Below, piece by piece: positions 37,301-45,867 of a DNA stretch of 47,946 bases. How positions within the stretch are numbered: the stretch's first letter is position 1; the number at the start of each line of letters is the position of its first letter. The position numbers and the translations under genes were made by a program. Source of the DNA: Pseudomonadota bacterium (GTDB lineage: Bacteria > Pseudomonadota > Alphaproteobacteria > Caulobacterales > Hyphomonadaceae); NCBI GenBank assembly GCA_036339715.1, contig JAYZAM010000069.1, positions 1 to 47,946 on the forward strand, in the 5' to 3' direction. The notes beneath the pieces were generated by a model. The model ran no database searches, was not told where the DNA came from, and worked only from the letters and a program-made list of their open reading frames with translations.

Positions 37301-37518
37301 CAACCGCTTTGGGACTTGCGCCCTTGCTGTTTGCGACTGGCGTCGGCGCCGAAGTACAGCGGCCTCTGGCAACTGTCGTCACAGGCGGGCTTGTCTCTTC
37401 AACTCTGCTGACGCTGCTCGTGATGCCGGCATTGCATCGGTGGTTCTCGCCAAAACCTGACTCGCATCATTCGCTACTGGAAACACGGCACAACCCCGAA
37501 ACTGTGCCAGCGGAATAA
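34393..37518 (+). CDS. czcA: Heavy-metal efflux RND permease (CusA/CzcA family)
   Basis: LPVDAFPDVT, ANLMSLGG, RARPVLMTA, GAEVQRPLATVVTGG. Start placed at ATG 34393. Confidence 0.93.
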   Translation: MINLMHRIAGGRLLAAIAALAMTLGGLFAFKALPVDAFPDVTPSLVQVFTETEGLAPEEVERYVTYPIETAMSGLPKLDHMRSVSNFGLSVVNIYFEDGTDVYFARQVVGERLAEARGNIPDGFGDPQMGPISTGLGIILYFRLEDETGARDLVEMREIQDWIIKYQLQTVPGVTEVLSLGGYEKQYQVRLDPDALLAYDIQIGDVMTALERGNKTEGAQFLEIGAEQYTVRGVGLARSVEDLAEIVVNVDDGRPVRVRDLGEIIVGGGVRQGLATANGEGEVVAGLVLKLYGANTSDVIARVQTRFEEINKNLPEGVNAVPYYDQGTLVNKAAATVTTALWQGALLVALVVFVFLGGWRPSLVVVLSIPFSVGFAFIAMQWLGISANLMSLGGVAIAIGMRVDGAIVIAENVDRGFRESDPSVDQRDVVARSAAEVIAPLIAAVAVVIVVFLPLFSLQGVEGKTFRPLAASAALAMTGSLFYAALIAPSLANGVMRRSKKPREDRPGWIARTVSQAAGFFVRQRLAAIALAAILLVAGGLAGSRLGSEFTPSLEEGDVLLRVTMAPSISLTEAAETTTRVEKRLLTAFPEIKSIVTRIGRGEVGAHADPTNSAEAFVELNPRSEWRKGLSPENLRTAISENLEGVPGIVVNIGQPIAMSVDELLTGTRAELAVKIFGPDSDVLLKKSQELQAILQQVDGAAEVQADQITGAPQLVVRVDRAALGRYGLDVEDALDALRTSVGGAEAGALFEGVRQFPIVVRFHEESRDTAEAIRRLVLESPTGARVTLESVATIETVIGPRQITREDGERFITVQSNVRGRDIGSFVTEAQALTDANLDLPAGYRVVWGGQFELQQQANARFAVVIPITLGIVLLILLLTFGRLKSAILILLNIPLALTGGALALWITGLPVSVPATVGFIALFGIALGNGMVLVSFMDDFARAGRDRDALAIDAAGMRARPVLMTAMTTALGLAPLLFATGVGAEVQRPLATVVTGGLVSSTLLTLLVMPALHRWFSPKPDSHHSLLETRHNPETVPAE

Positions 37519-37525
37519 ATCACTC

Positions 37526-37563
37526 CGCCTTGGCGGTGTAATCCGCCAAGGCGTCACTTTTTT
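37526..37563 (+). terminator. Terminator-like hairpin between the RND permease and the ATPase
   Basis: CGCCTTGGCGG-TGTAAT-CCGCCAAGGCG followed by TCACTTTTTT. Confidence 0.65.
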
Positions 37564-37573
37564 GGAGACGCTT

Positions 37574-39583
37574 ATGTCACCCCCGAAACACTCAAATCAT
37601 GATCATGACACTGACAGTCATGGTCATGACCATGGCGATGTCATTAGCCGTATAGTGGGCCCGCGCGCGGAAATCATCTTTGCCGGGCTAGCTGGACTTT
37701 GCCTGCTGGCAGGCTGGCTCGGACCCAAACTTGGGTTTCTACCGGACCCCATCGGATTTGGCTTCCTGCTCGCGGCTTACTTTTTCGGCGGTTATTTCGT
37801 GCTGCGTGAGGCCATGGGTAAAATACTCAAAGGCCAGTTTCAGATCGACTTTCTGATGCTGGTGGCTGCTACGGGCGCCGCCATTCTCGGCGAATGGGCG
37901 GAAGGTGCTTTTCTTCTCTTCCTGTTTGCCATTGGCCATGCCCTTGAAAACTATGCCATGGCCCGGGCGCGCAATGCGATTTCGGCTTTGTCGGATCTCA
38001 CTCCGGATGAGGCGCTTGTCCGTAGGGGTGAGACGACAGAAACCATTGCGATTGACGAGTTAGTTGTCGGCGATGTCGTTGTGGTGCGTTCCAATGAGCG
38101 CTTGCCAGCCGACGGATTTGTGGTCAGCGGACAAAGCGCCGTCAATCAGGCGCCCATTACAGGCGAAAGCGCGCCCGTAGACAAAAGACCCGTGGCTGAC
38201 CGCGAAAAGGCAGCTGCTAATCCTGACGCGCTGAAGGCCGAAAGCCGCGTGTTCGCGGGGTCAATCAATGGGTCCGGCAGTCTTGATATAGAAGTGACCA
38301 AATTGTCGGGCGAGACGACGCTGGCCCGCGTTGTCACCATGGTGAGCGAGGCTGAAACACGCCAGTCACCGACCCAGAGTTTTACCAAAAAGTTCGAGCG
38401 CATATTTGTGCCGTGCGTCATTGTTCTGGCGGTTGTTACGTCGCTGGCCTTCCTTGTTTTGGACGAGACGGGTTCCGAAAGCTTCTACCGAGCCATGGCT
38501 GTATTGGTGGCGGCAAGCCCCTGCGCGCTGGCCATTGCAACCCCAAGCGCCATTCTCTCCGGCGTGGCCCGCGCCGCGCGCGGCGGCGTGGTGATCAAGG
38601 GCGGCGCGCCGCTTGAGGCGCTCGGACGGCTCGACGCCATCGCCTTTGACAAAACAGGCACACTGACGGAGGGCGAGCCGCGCCTAGTGGATATTGTGCC
38701 TTTCGGCGATGTCGATGAAGACACTTTGCTCAGGGTTAGCGCCGCTGTTGAAACGCTGAGTGATCATCCGCTGGCCGAGGCCGTGGTGCGCGATGCGAAA
38801 AGGCGCCTCGGATCAATCCCCGACAGCGCAACCGATTTTACAAGCATAACCGGTCGCGGTGTTTCCGCCATGTATGATGGCCAGATTGTGCATATCGGCA
38901 AATCGGCCTTGTTTGATGAGGTGGACGGCAAGCCAGTGCCCGAGGACTTGGCAGAGCGCGTCAATTCGCTGTCGGCCGATGGCCGCACAACGATGATTGT
39001 GCGCCATGGTGAGCGCTATCTGGGCGTAATCGGTCTGATGGACACGCCGCGCGAGGCCGCGAAAAGCGTCATAGCGCGGCTGCGCGACATCGGTGTGACC
39101 CGCATGATGATGATTTCGGGCGATAATCAGAATGTGGCAGATGCTGTCGCGCGAGACGTTGGGCTGGACGAGGCCTTCGGCGATCTCATGCCCGATGACA
39201 AAGTCACCAAGATCAAATCGCTCAAGCAAGGCCGCGGCGTCGCTATGGTTGGGGACGGCGTCAATGATGCGCCTGCCATGGCTAATGCGACTGTCGGTAT
39301 TGCCATGGGAGCGGCGGGCTCAGACGTTGCGCTTGAGACCGCTGACATTGCCCTCATGGCTGATGATCTTGAAACGCTGCCATTTGCCGTCGGATTGAGC
39401 CGGGCGACCAGTCGCATTATCCGGCAAAATCTTTGGGCGAGCCTCGGCATCGTCGCCTTTCTTATTCCCGCGACGCTTTTCGGTCTCGGGATCGGGCCCG
39501 CTGTCCTCATTCACGAAGGTTCAACTTTGATCGTCGTGTTCAACGCTTTGCGACTACTTGCGTTCCAGGATCGCGAGCATTGA
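37574..39583 (+). CDS. P1B-4 heavy-metal ATPase (CzcP-like)
   Basis: SPC in AASPCAL, TGES, DKTGT, GDGVNDAP, HEGS in the last TM, His-rich N-terminus. Confidence 0.92.
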   Translation: MSPPKHSNHDHDTDSHGHDHGDVISRIVGPRAEIIFAGLAGLCLLAGWLGPKLGFLPDPIGFGFLLAAYFFGGYFVLREAMGKILKGQFQIDFLMLVAATGAAILGEWAEGAFLLFLFAIGHALENYAMARARNAISALSDLTPDEALVRRGETTETIAIDELVVGDVVVVRSNERLPADGFVVSGQSAVNQAPITGESAPVDKRPVADREKAAANPDALKAESRVFAGSINGSGSLDIEVTKLSGETTLARVVTMVSEAETRQSPTQSFTKKFERIFVPCVIVLAVVTSLAFLVLDETGSESFYRAMAVLVAASPCALAIATPSAILSGVARAARGGVVIKGGAPLEALGRLDAIAFDKTGTLTEGEPRLVDIVPFGDVDEDTLLRVSAAVETLSDHPLAEAVVRDAKRRLGSIPDSATDFTSITGRGVSAMYDGQIVHIGKSALFDEVDGKPVPEDLAERVNSLSADGRTTMIVRHGERYLGVIGLMDTPREAAKSVIARLRDIGVTRMMMISGDNQNVADAVARDVGLDEAFGDLMPDDKVTKIKSLKQGRGVAMVGDGVNDAPAMANATVGIAMGAAGSDVALETADIALMADDLETLPFAVGLSRATSRIIRQNLWASLGIVAFLIPATLFGLGIGPAVLIHEGSTLIVVFNALRLLAFQDREH

Positions 39584-39696
39584 TGAAACTGAAGGTCATC
39601 TGGTGCCGAATTCAATCAAACGCCCTGGTGCCGCCAGCGCGGCTCAGTGTTTCTGACTAAAACTGAAAAGTAATCATTCACAAAAGTAGTCTACGT

Positions 39697-39936
39697 ATGT
39701 CGATGAATAATTTGCGGAACTTGTTCATTACGGGGACCTTAGCCGCCTCGCTCGCGGGATGCGCGTCGGCCCCAAAAGCTTTCCAACCATTAGATGTCAT
39801 CGAAGCTGAAGCGGTCCGTGCCGAGTGCGGACTCATCCTACCGGCTTCCAGACTCAAGAGCGGCGGAGACTTCAGGCGACGGGCATATCAGACCTGCAAG
39901 AGCGACGTTCTAAGAGAGCTTGCCCGCAATGAGTGA
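39697..39936 (+). CDS. Small lipoprotein, 79 aa
   Basis: Lipobox SLAGC plus two internal Cys. Confidence 0.6.
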   Translation: MSMNNLRNLFITGTLAASLAGCASAPKAFQPLDVIEAEAVRAECGLILPASRLKSGGDFRRRAYQTCKSDVLRELARNE

Positions 39937-39945
39937 AGACTTCAC

Positions 39946-40797
39946 TCATGCGGCACGCTGATTAAACCCCAGCTGTGCGCCGAGAAGTTCAACCAGATAG
40001 CCGCCATCCCGCAGCCCCTCCGCCTTTTTGATAATGTAGCGGATGGCGTCCCGCATGGTGCCGGTTTCATCGCTCCACTCGGCATCGACGGCCGCTTTGC
40101 CGTTGAGAACAATGGCGATTTCGCGCCGTGACATGCCAAGCTCAAGACAATCGAGGGCGACCAAACCGTCACGCAGGATTTGCGTGGTTTTGGTCCAGAG
40201 CGGCGCCTCGGGCACGCTGCCTTCCTCGATCAGGGCAAGTGCGGCTTTCTGCGCTTTCAGTTTGCGCTCATAGGCTTTGAGATCAGAGATGGTCAGTTTC
40301 ATCCGAACAGGTTCGAGCCCCAGAATCGAAACGCCGGTGCAGCGCACCTGCACGACGCAGCCCTTGCCGCGGATCAGAAGAAATTCGCGGGCCTGCAAAT
40401 CGGTAATGTGGGTGATTTGGCAAATTGGAACCGTGCTGTCCCAGATATCACAGCTTTCGCCCGGCGCCCGTGGTGAGCAGTTCACTTCCACCTGATCGGG
40501 AAACACATGCTTGTTCCAGACCGCATCGGCTTCAAACCCATTAAGGTCTGGATCGGGCATGAACATAAGGCCCCAGCGGTGAGCGAGGCGCTGCGGGTTG
40601 CGGGGCTTCAAGAGACGAATATCGGCGCAAGGCGCTTTCATTTCAGATACATCGTCGTCCGACCGCGCCTCTGCATCGCGTCTGAGGTCGGGATTGCGCC
40701 TTGCATATTCCCATGCCCAGCGATCAGGCGACAGGCGCGAAAGGTAATCGTAGCGCGCCAGGACGCCTTCCGAACTCAAGGTAAAAGTCTTCATCAT
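39946..40797 (-). CDS. FseA-like transcriptional activator (DUF6499 + DUF2285 in one frame)
   Basis: N-terminal RWAWEYARRNP matches the DUF6499 AWEFLRRN signature. C-terminal ALDCLELGMSRREIA...W...LRDGGY matches the DUF2285 pattern. Confidence 0.8.
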   Translation of the reverse strand: MMKTFTLSSEGVLARYDYLSRLSPDRWAWEYARRNPDLRRDAEARSDDDVSEMKAPCADIRLLKPRNPQRLAHRWGLMFMPDPDLNGFEADAVWNKHVFPDQVEVNCSPRAPGESCDIWDSTVPICQITHITDLQAREFLLIRGKGCVVQVRCTGVSILGLEPVRMKLTISDLKAYERKLKAQKAALALIEEGSVPEAPLWTKTTQILRDGLVALDCLELGMSRREIAIVLNGKAAVDAEWSDETGTMRDAIRYIIKKAEGLRDGGYLVELLGAQLGFNQRAA

Positions 40798-40959
40798 CAG
40801 CTCCCTTCACAGGGGAATTCAGCAAGATGAGTGCCAACCTGAAATTGAAGACTGAATTCATACGCGCAGATTACTTAATGCATGAACAGCATCTTACGGG
40901 AATAATTTGAGCATCTGATCACTATTCAAACTCTCCTCATGAGGGATTTTTACAGTCGC

Positions 40960-40983
40960 AACCTGTAGCAATAGTTACAGGTT
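40960..40983. promoter_or_regulatory. Palindrome with lux-box-like arms in the fseA/trbB divergent region
   Basis: AACCTGTA-GCAATAGT-TACAGGTT. Confidence 0.45.
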
Positions 40984-41112
40984 CGCGTTTGCATTCATCT
41001 GCAGCAGGTCGCGGGGCGTTGCTGGATATGGCCCGCAGTCCCACTCCCCGAAAATCGCATGGGCTGTCAGGCTTTGGTCACTCGGAAACGTGAGTGACAG
41101 GAGCCTTATGAA

Positions 41113-42108
41113 ATGGACAAGCCCGCGCACCAAAGCGAAACAGAAGACCGTCGCAGCGCAATGCTGCGCACCGCGTTCTGTTCTGTGGTGCGCGAAGCGC
41201 TGGAAGCGCCAGATACGATCGAAATCATGGCCAATCCTGATGGATCGGTCTGGATCGAGAAGGCTGGCATCGGCCTCATCATCTCTGAACACACTCTCCC
41301 GTCTTCCGACCGCGAGCGCGTCATCCGGCTCGTGGCCTCTGGGGTGGGAGTAGCCGCAAACCGCACCTCCCCGATTATCTCTGCTGAACTCCCCGGCAGC
41401 GGCGAGCGGTTTGAAGGGCTTCTCCCACCCGTCTCAACCGCGCCATGTTTCTCCATCCGCAAGCCTGCGACCACACCGTTTGAACTCGGCGACTATGTCA
41501 CCCAGGGCGCGCTGGCGCCTGCGCTGGCCCAAGCGCTCAAGGACGCGATTGCAACGCATGCGAACATTCTGATCGCCGGCGGCACGTCCTCTGGCAAGAC
41601 GACATTTACCAATGCCTTGCTGGCAGAGCCCTCACTACATGACGACCGCATCGTCATCCTTGAAGACACGCGGGAGCTGCGCTGCGCCGCACCCAATGTC
41701 GTCCAGCTCAGAACCCATCGCGGCAGCACCAGCCTGCAGGACCTTGTCCGCTCGACCCTGCGCCTGCGCCCCGACCGGATCATTATCGGCGAAGTGCGCG
41801 GGGCTGAAGCGCTCGACCTGCTCAAAGCCTGGAACACCGGCCATCCCGGCGGGATCACCACGCTGCATGCGAACTCCGCCCACGGCGCGCTAGCGCGGCT
41901 TGAACAGCTGACACTGGAAGCCACACCGCGCGCGCCCTTCGACCTCATCGCAGAGGCGATTGACGTCGTCGTGTTCATGAGCCGCGCGGGCGGCCAGCGC
42001 CGCGTTGAAGAGGCACTCCGCGTCACCGGCTTTGACGGCGAGGGCTACCAGACCCAGCCGCTCGTCTCCCGCTCTTTGTCCCTCGTCCAACATGGAGAAA
42101 CACTATGA
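41113..42108 (+). CDS. trbB: P-type conjugative ATPase TrbB (VirB11)
   Basis: GGTSSGKTT, LRLRPDRIIIGEVRG, AWNTGHPGG. Confidence 0.95.
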   Translation: MDKPAHQSETEDRRSAMLRTAFCSVVREALEAPDTIEIMANPDGSVWIEKAGIGLIISEHTLPSSDRERVIRLVASGVGVAANRTSPIISAELPGSGERFEGLLPPVSTAPCFSIRKPATTPFELGDYVTQGALAPALAQALKDAIATHANILIAGGTSSGKTTFTNALLAEPSLHDDRIVILEDTRELRCAAPNVVQLRTHRGSTSLQDLVRSTLRLRPDRIIIGEVRGAEALDLLKAWNTGHPGGITTLHANSAHGALARLEQLTLEATPRAPFDLIAEAIDVVVFMSRAGGQRRVEEALRVTGFDGEGYQTQPLVSRSLSLVQHGETL

Positions 42109-42440
42109 CCCTCTACACCCACCTTCAGACCGTAAACCGAACGGTTCAGGTCGCGGCCTGTATCGGCCTCGGCCTGATGATCGCCGGTCCCGCCCATGCA
42201 GCAGGCTCCGGCATGCCCTGGGAAGGTCCGCTCGATCAGATCCTGCAATCTATTGAAGGGCCCGTCGCGCGGATCGTCGCGGTGATCATCATTACGCTGA
42301 CCGGTCTGACCTTGGCTTTCGGAGAGACCAGCGGCGGGATGCGAAAGCTGATCCAGATTGTGTTCGGTCTTTCGATCGCCTTCGCCGCCACCAGCTTCTT
42401 CCTGACTTTCTTCAGCTTTGGCGGCGGAGCGCTGGTCTAG
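42105..42440 (+). CDS. trbC: Pilin TrbC (VirB2)
   Basis: AHAAGSGMPWEGPL...GPVA...FGGGALV. Confidence 0.93.
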   Translation: MTLYTHLQTVNRTVQVAACIGLGLMIAGPAHAAGSGMPWEGPLDQILQSIEGPVARIVAVIIITLTGLTLAFGETSGGMRKLIQIVFGLSIAFAATSFFLTFFSFGGGALV

Positions 42441-42694
42441 TGGCGGAAGGCTATGAAATCCCCCTCCATCGCTCGCTGACCGAGCCGATCCTGATGGCGG
42501 GCGCACCGCGCACGGCCGCCATCGCCATCGGGACGCTCGCTGCCGCGGTCGGCCTTGGGCTCCAGCTCTGGATACCGGGCCTCGTGCTCTGGACCGTCGG
42601 GCATTCAGCGGCCGTGTTCATGGCGCGGTCTGATCCGGATTTCATGGCCGTTGCGAGCCGTTCGACGCGCCACAAGGAGCATCTGACATGCTGA
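42440..42694 (+). CDS. trbD: TrbD (VirB3)
   Basis: PLHRSLTEPILMAGAPR. Confidence 0.92.
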   Translation: MAEGYEIPLHRSLTEPILMAGAPRTAAIAIGTLAAAVGLGLQLWIPGLVLWTVGHSAAVFMARSDPDFMAVASRSTRHKEHLTC

Positions 42695-45153
42695 ACTTGC
42701 GTGAATATGCCGACACACCAACGCTTCTCGCCGACTATCTACCATGGGCCTGTCTCGTTGCGCCGGGCGTCGTCCTCAACAAGGACGGCAGCTTCCAGAC
42801 GACATTCAAATATCGTGGCCCTGACCTTGAAAGTTCGACCGAGGAAGAACTCGTCTCGGTTATGGCCCGGGTCAACAATGTCCTGCGCCGGTTTGGCTCA
42901 GGCTGGGCGCTCTTCTTCGAGGCGCAGCGCCACGAGGTGCATGACTATCCGGAGGCGGAGTTTCCAGATGCGCTGTCCTGGCTCATCGATCAGGAACGCG
43001 CGCTGCAAGCCGAAGAAAGCGGCGCCCGGTTCGAGAGTGCCTACTATCTAAACCTCCTCTGGCTACCGCCTGCCGATGCGACGGGCCGCGCCGAGAAGGC
43101 GCTGATCCAGCGCGCTGAGACCGAAGATGCCGCGACCTGGCGGCACCGGCTGGAGACGTTCCAGCAGCACGCGGACCGCGTCTTCGATCTCCTTTCCACC
43201 TGCCTCGCCGAGATTGGTAAGCTAACTGACGATGAGACGCTGACCTATCTCCACTCGACCATCTCGATCAAGCGCCATCCTGTTGTGACGCCTGAGCTGC
43301 CGGTCTTCCTCGACGCCGTGCTCGCCGATGAGCCCTTCGCTGGCGGGCTGGAGCCGATGATCGGTGACGCGCATTTGCGCACGCTGACCATTCTCGGTTT
43401 TCCGGCCTCGACCCTGCCGGGCATCCTTGATGAGCTGAACCGGCAGGGTTTTGCCTATCGCTGGGCAACGCGCTTCATCGCCATGGACAAGGCCGAAGCT
43501 GAAAAAGTGCTCGGAAAGAAGCGCCGCCACTGGTTCGCCAAACGCAAATCGATCGGCGCGGTCCTGCGCGAGACCCTGTTCAATGAACAGGCGGCCCTCG
43601 TAGACAATGACGCCGACAATAAGGCGGGTGATGCCGACGCCGCGCTACAGGAACTCGGCTCCGACCTTGTCTCCTATGGCTATGTGACCACAACGATCAC
43701 TGTCGCCGATCCCGACCGGCGCGTGGTGGACGAACATATCCGCGTGGCCGAGCGCATCGTGAATGGCCGCGGCTTCACCGCAATCCGCGAGACCCTGAAC
43801 GCCGTCGATGCCTGGCTCGGGAGCTTGCCCGGTCATCCGTATGCCAATGTCCGTCAGCCCATCCTGCACACGCTGAACCTGGCCCATATGGTGCCGCTGT
43901 CTGCGGTCTGGGCGGGCGAAGACGCCAATCGACACCTACAAGCCCCTGCGCTCATCCAGGCACAGACCGACGGCACAACACCGTTCCGCCTAAATCTCCA
44001 CATTGGCGATGTTGGTCATACGCTTGTCGTCGGTCCCACCGGCGCGGGCAAGTCCGTGCTCCTGTCCCTGCTCGCCCTGCAATGGAAGCGCTACACAAAC
44101 GCCCAGGTCTTCATCTTCGACAAGGGCCGGTCCGCGCGCGCTGCAACGCTTTGCATGGGCGGCGCGCATATCGACCTTGGCAGTTCGAACGCCCCAAGCC
44201 TCCAGCCCCTGAAGGACATCGACACCGAACATGGCGCGAGTTTCGCCGCTGACTGGCTGACAGGTCTCTGCACAAATGAAGGCGTCAGCATGACGCCGGA
44301 CCTGAAAGCCCGGCTCTGGGAAGCGATCCAGTCTCTCAGCTCAGCGCCTGAAAACGAACGCACGCTGACAGGCCTCAGCCTGATGCTGCAGGACGACACG
44401 CTCAAATCGGCGCTCCACCCGTTCACGCTGGAAGGCCCGCATGGCCGCCTTCTCGATGCCGATCAGGAGAGCCTCGCCCTCGCCGATACAGTCTGTTTCG
44501 AGATGGAAGAGCTGATGCACGCGAAAGGCGCGGTCGCCCCCGTCATCACTTACCTGTTCCACCGACTTGAAGCCCGGTTCACCGGCAAACCAACGCTGCT
44601 CATCCTAGATGAAGCCTGGCTGTTCCTCGATGATCCGATGTTCGCGGCGCGCATTCGCGAATGGCTCAAAACCCTGCGCAAGAAGAACGTGTCTGTCGTG
44701 TTCGCAACACAAAGCCTGGCCGACATCGCGAACTCAAGCATCGCGCCTGCACTCGTCGAGTCCTGTCCGACACGGATCTTCCTCCCGAATGAACGCGCGC
44801 AGGAACCGCAATCGAAAGAGACCTATGAGCGCTTCGGACTCAATACCCGCCAGATCGAACTGATCTCAAGAGCCACGCCGAAGCGCGACTATTATTACCA
44901 GTCACCCCTCGGCGCGCGCGTCTTTGATCTGGGACTTGGACCCATCGCCCTCTCGGTTTGCGGGGCGTCCTCGCCGGAAAATCAGGCCCGCATGGACCGC
45001 ATCTGGGCCGAGACGGAAGGCGACGGCTTTGCTGCCTGCTGGCTGATCGAGAAAGGCCTGCCCTGGGCGGCTGAGCTGCTCACCCGCTGGCCCGGCCATG
45101 CGCCTGAAGCCGCCGATCCGATCCAATCAGTCCACGCCATCGCCGCCGAATAG
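42688..45153 (+). CDS. trbE: TrbE (VirB4) ATPase
   Basis: LADYLPWA, GPTGAGKS, LDEAW, FATQSL. Confidence 0.95.
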   Translation: MLNLREYADTPTLLADYLPWACLVAPGVVLNKDGSFQTTFKYRGPDLESSTEEELVSVMARVNNVLRRFGSGWALFFEAQRHEVHDYPEAEFPDALSWLIDQERALQAEESGARFESAYYLNLLWLPPADATGRAEKALIQRAETEDAATWRHRLETFQQHADRVFDLLSTCLAEIGKLTDDETLTYLHSTISIKRHPVVTPELPVFLDAVLADEPFAGGLEPMIGDAHLRTLTILGFPASTLPGILDELNRQGFAYRWATRFIAMDKAEAEKVLGKKRRHWFAKRKSIGAVLRETLFNEQAALVDNDADNKAGDADAALQELGSDLVSYGYVTTTITVADPDRRVVDEHIRVAERIVNGRGFTAIRETLNAVDAWLGSLPGHPYANVRQPILHTLNLAHMVPLSAVWAGEDANRHLQAPALIQAQTDGTTPFRLNLHIGDVGHTLVVGPTGAGKSVLLSLLALQWKRYTNAQVFIFDKGRSARAATLCMGGAHIDLGSSNAPSLQPLKDIDTEHGASFAADWLTGLCTNEGVSMTPDLKARLWEAIQSLSSAPENERTLTGLSLMLQDDTLKSALHPFTLEGPHGRLLDADQESLALADTVCFEMEELMHAKGAVAPVITYLFHRLEARFTGKPTLLILDEAWLFLDDPMFAARIREWLKTLRKKNVSVVFATQSLADIANSSIAPALVESCPTRIFLPNERAQEPQSKETYERFGLNTRQIELISRATPKRDYYYQSPLGARVFDLGLGPIALSVCGASSPENQARMDRIWAETEGDGFAACWLIEKGLPWAAELLTRWPGHAPEAADPIQSVHAIAAE

Positions 45154-45162
45154 GAGCCCCCG

Positions 45163-45861
45163 ATGAAACGCTTCCTTGCCTCCGCCCTCATTTGCGCCGC
45201 GCCGCTCTCCATCCTCATCGCCCCGCCAGCCGCCGCCCAATGGACGGTCTATGACCCGGCCAATCACATCCAGAACATCTACCAGGCGATCCGGTCGCTT
45301 CAGGCAGTGAACCAGCAAATCCAGCAGCTCACCCATGAAATCGAGATGCTGGAGAACATGGCGCGCGATCTGGAGGCGCTGCCCGATAGTATCGTCGACG
45401 ACATATTGCGCCGCATGCGCCGCATTGAGGAGCTGATGCGCGAGGCCGAAGGCATCGGCTACCGCGTCGAAGAAATCGAGCGCGAGTATGAAGAGGTCTA
45501 CCCGGAAGACTATGGCGCCGAACCGCCGCGTCAGGCCGTCCTCGTCGAAGAGGCCCGCGCCCGCTGGCGTCAGTCCCGCACGGCTTACCGGGACAGTCTG
45601 ACCGTCACGGCGCAGGTCGTCTCCACAGCGCGGGCTGACAGTGACAGTCTCGGCCGGCTGATCGCCGACAGCCAGTCCGCCGTCGGCAATCTCCAGGTCG
45701 CGCAGGCGGGAAACCAGATCGAGGCCCTGCAGACTGAGCAGCTGATGCAGATGGAAGCCATGATGGCCGCCCATTACCGCGCCGAGGCGCTGGAACGCGC
45801 GCGCCAGCTGGCCGAGGCCGAACGCGGCCGCGCCCGCACCCGGGCCTTCCTCGCAGAGTAG
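45163..45861 (+). CDS. trbJ: TrbJ (VirB5)
   Basis: Signal peptide, VYDPAN, SQSAVGNLQVAQAGNQ. Confidence 0.92.
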   Translation: MKRFLASALICAAPLSILIAPPAAAQWTVYDPANHIQNIYQAIRSLQAVNQQIQQLTHEIEMLENMARDLEALPDSIVDDILRRMRRIEELMREAEGIGYRVEEIEREYEEVYPEDYGAEPPRQAVLVEEARARWRQSRTAYRDSLTVTAQVVSTARADSDSLGRLIADSQSAVGNLQVAQAGNQIEALQTEQLMQMEAMMAAHYRAEALERARQLAEAERGRARTRAFLAE

Positions 45862-45867
45862 CGCCCC

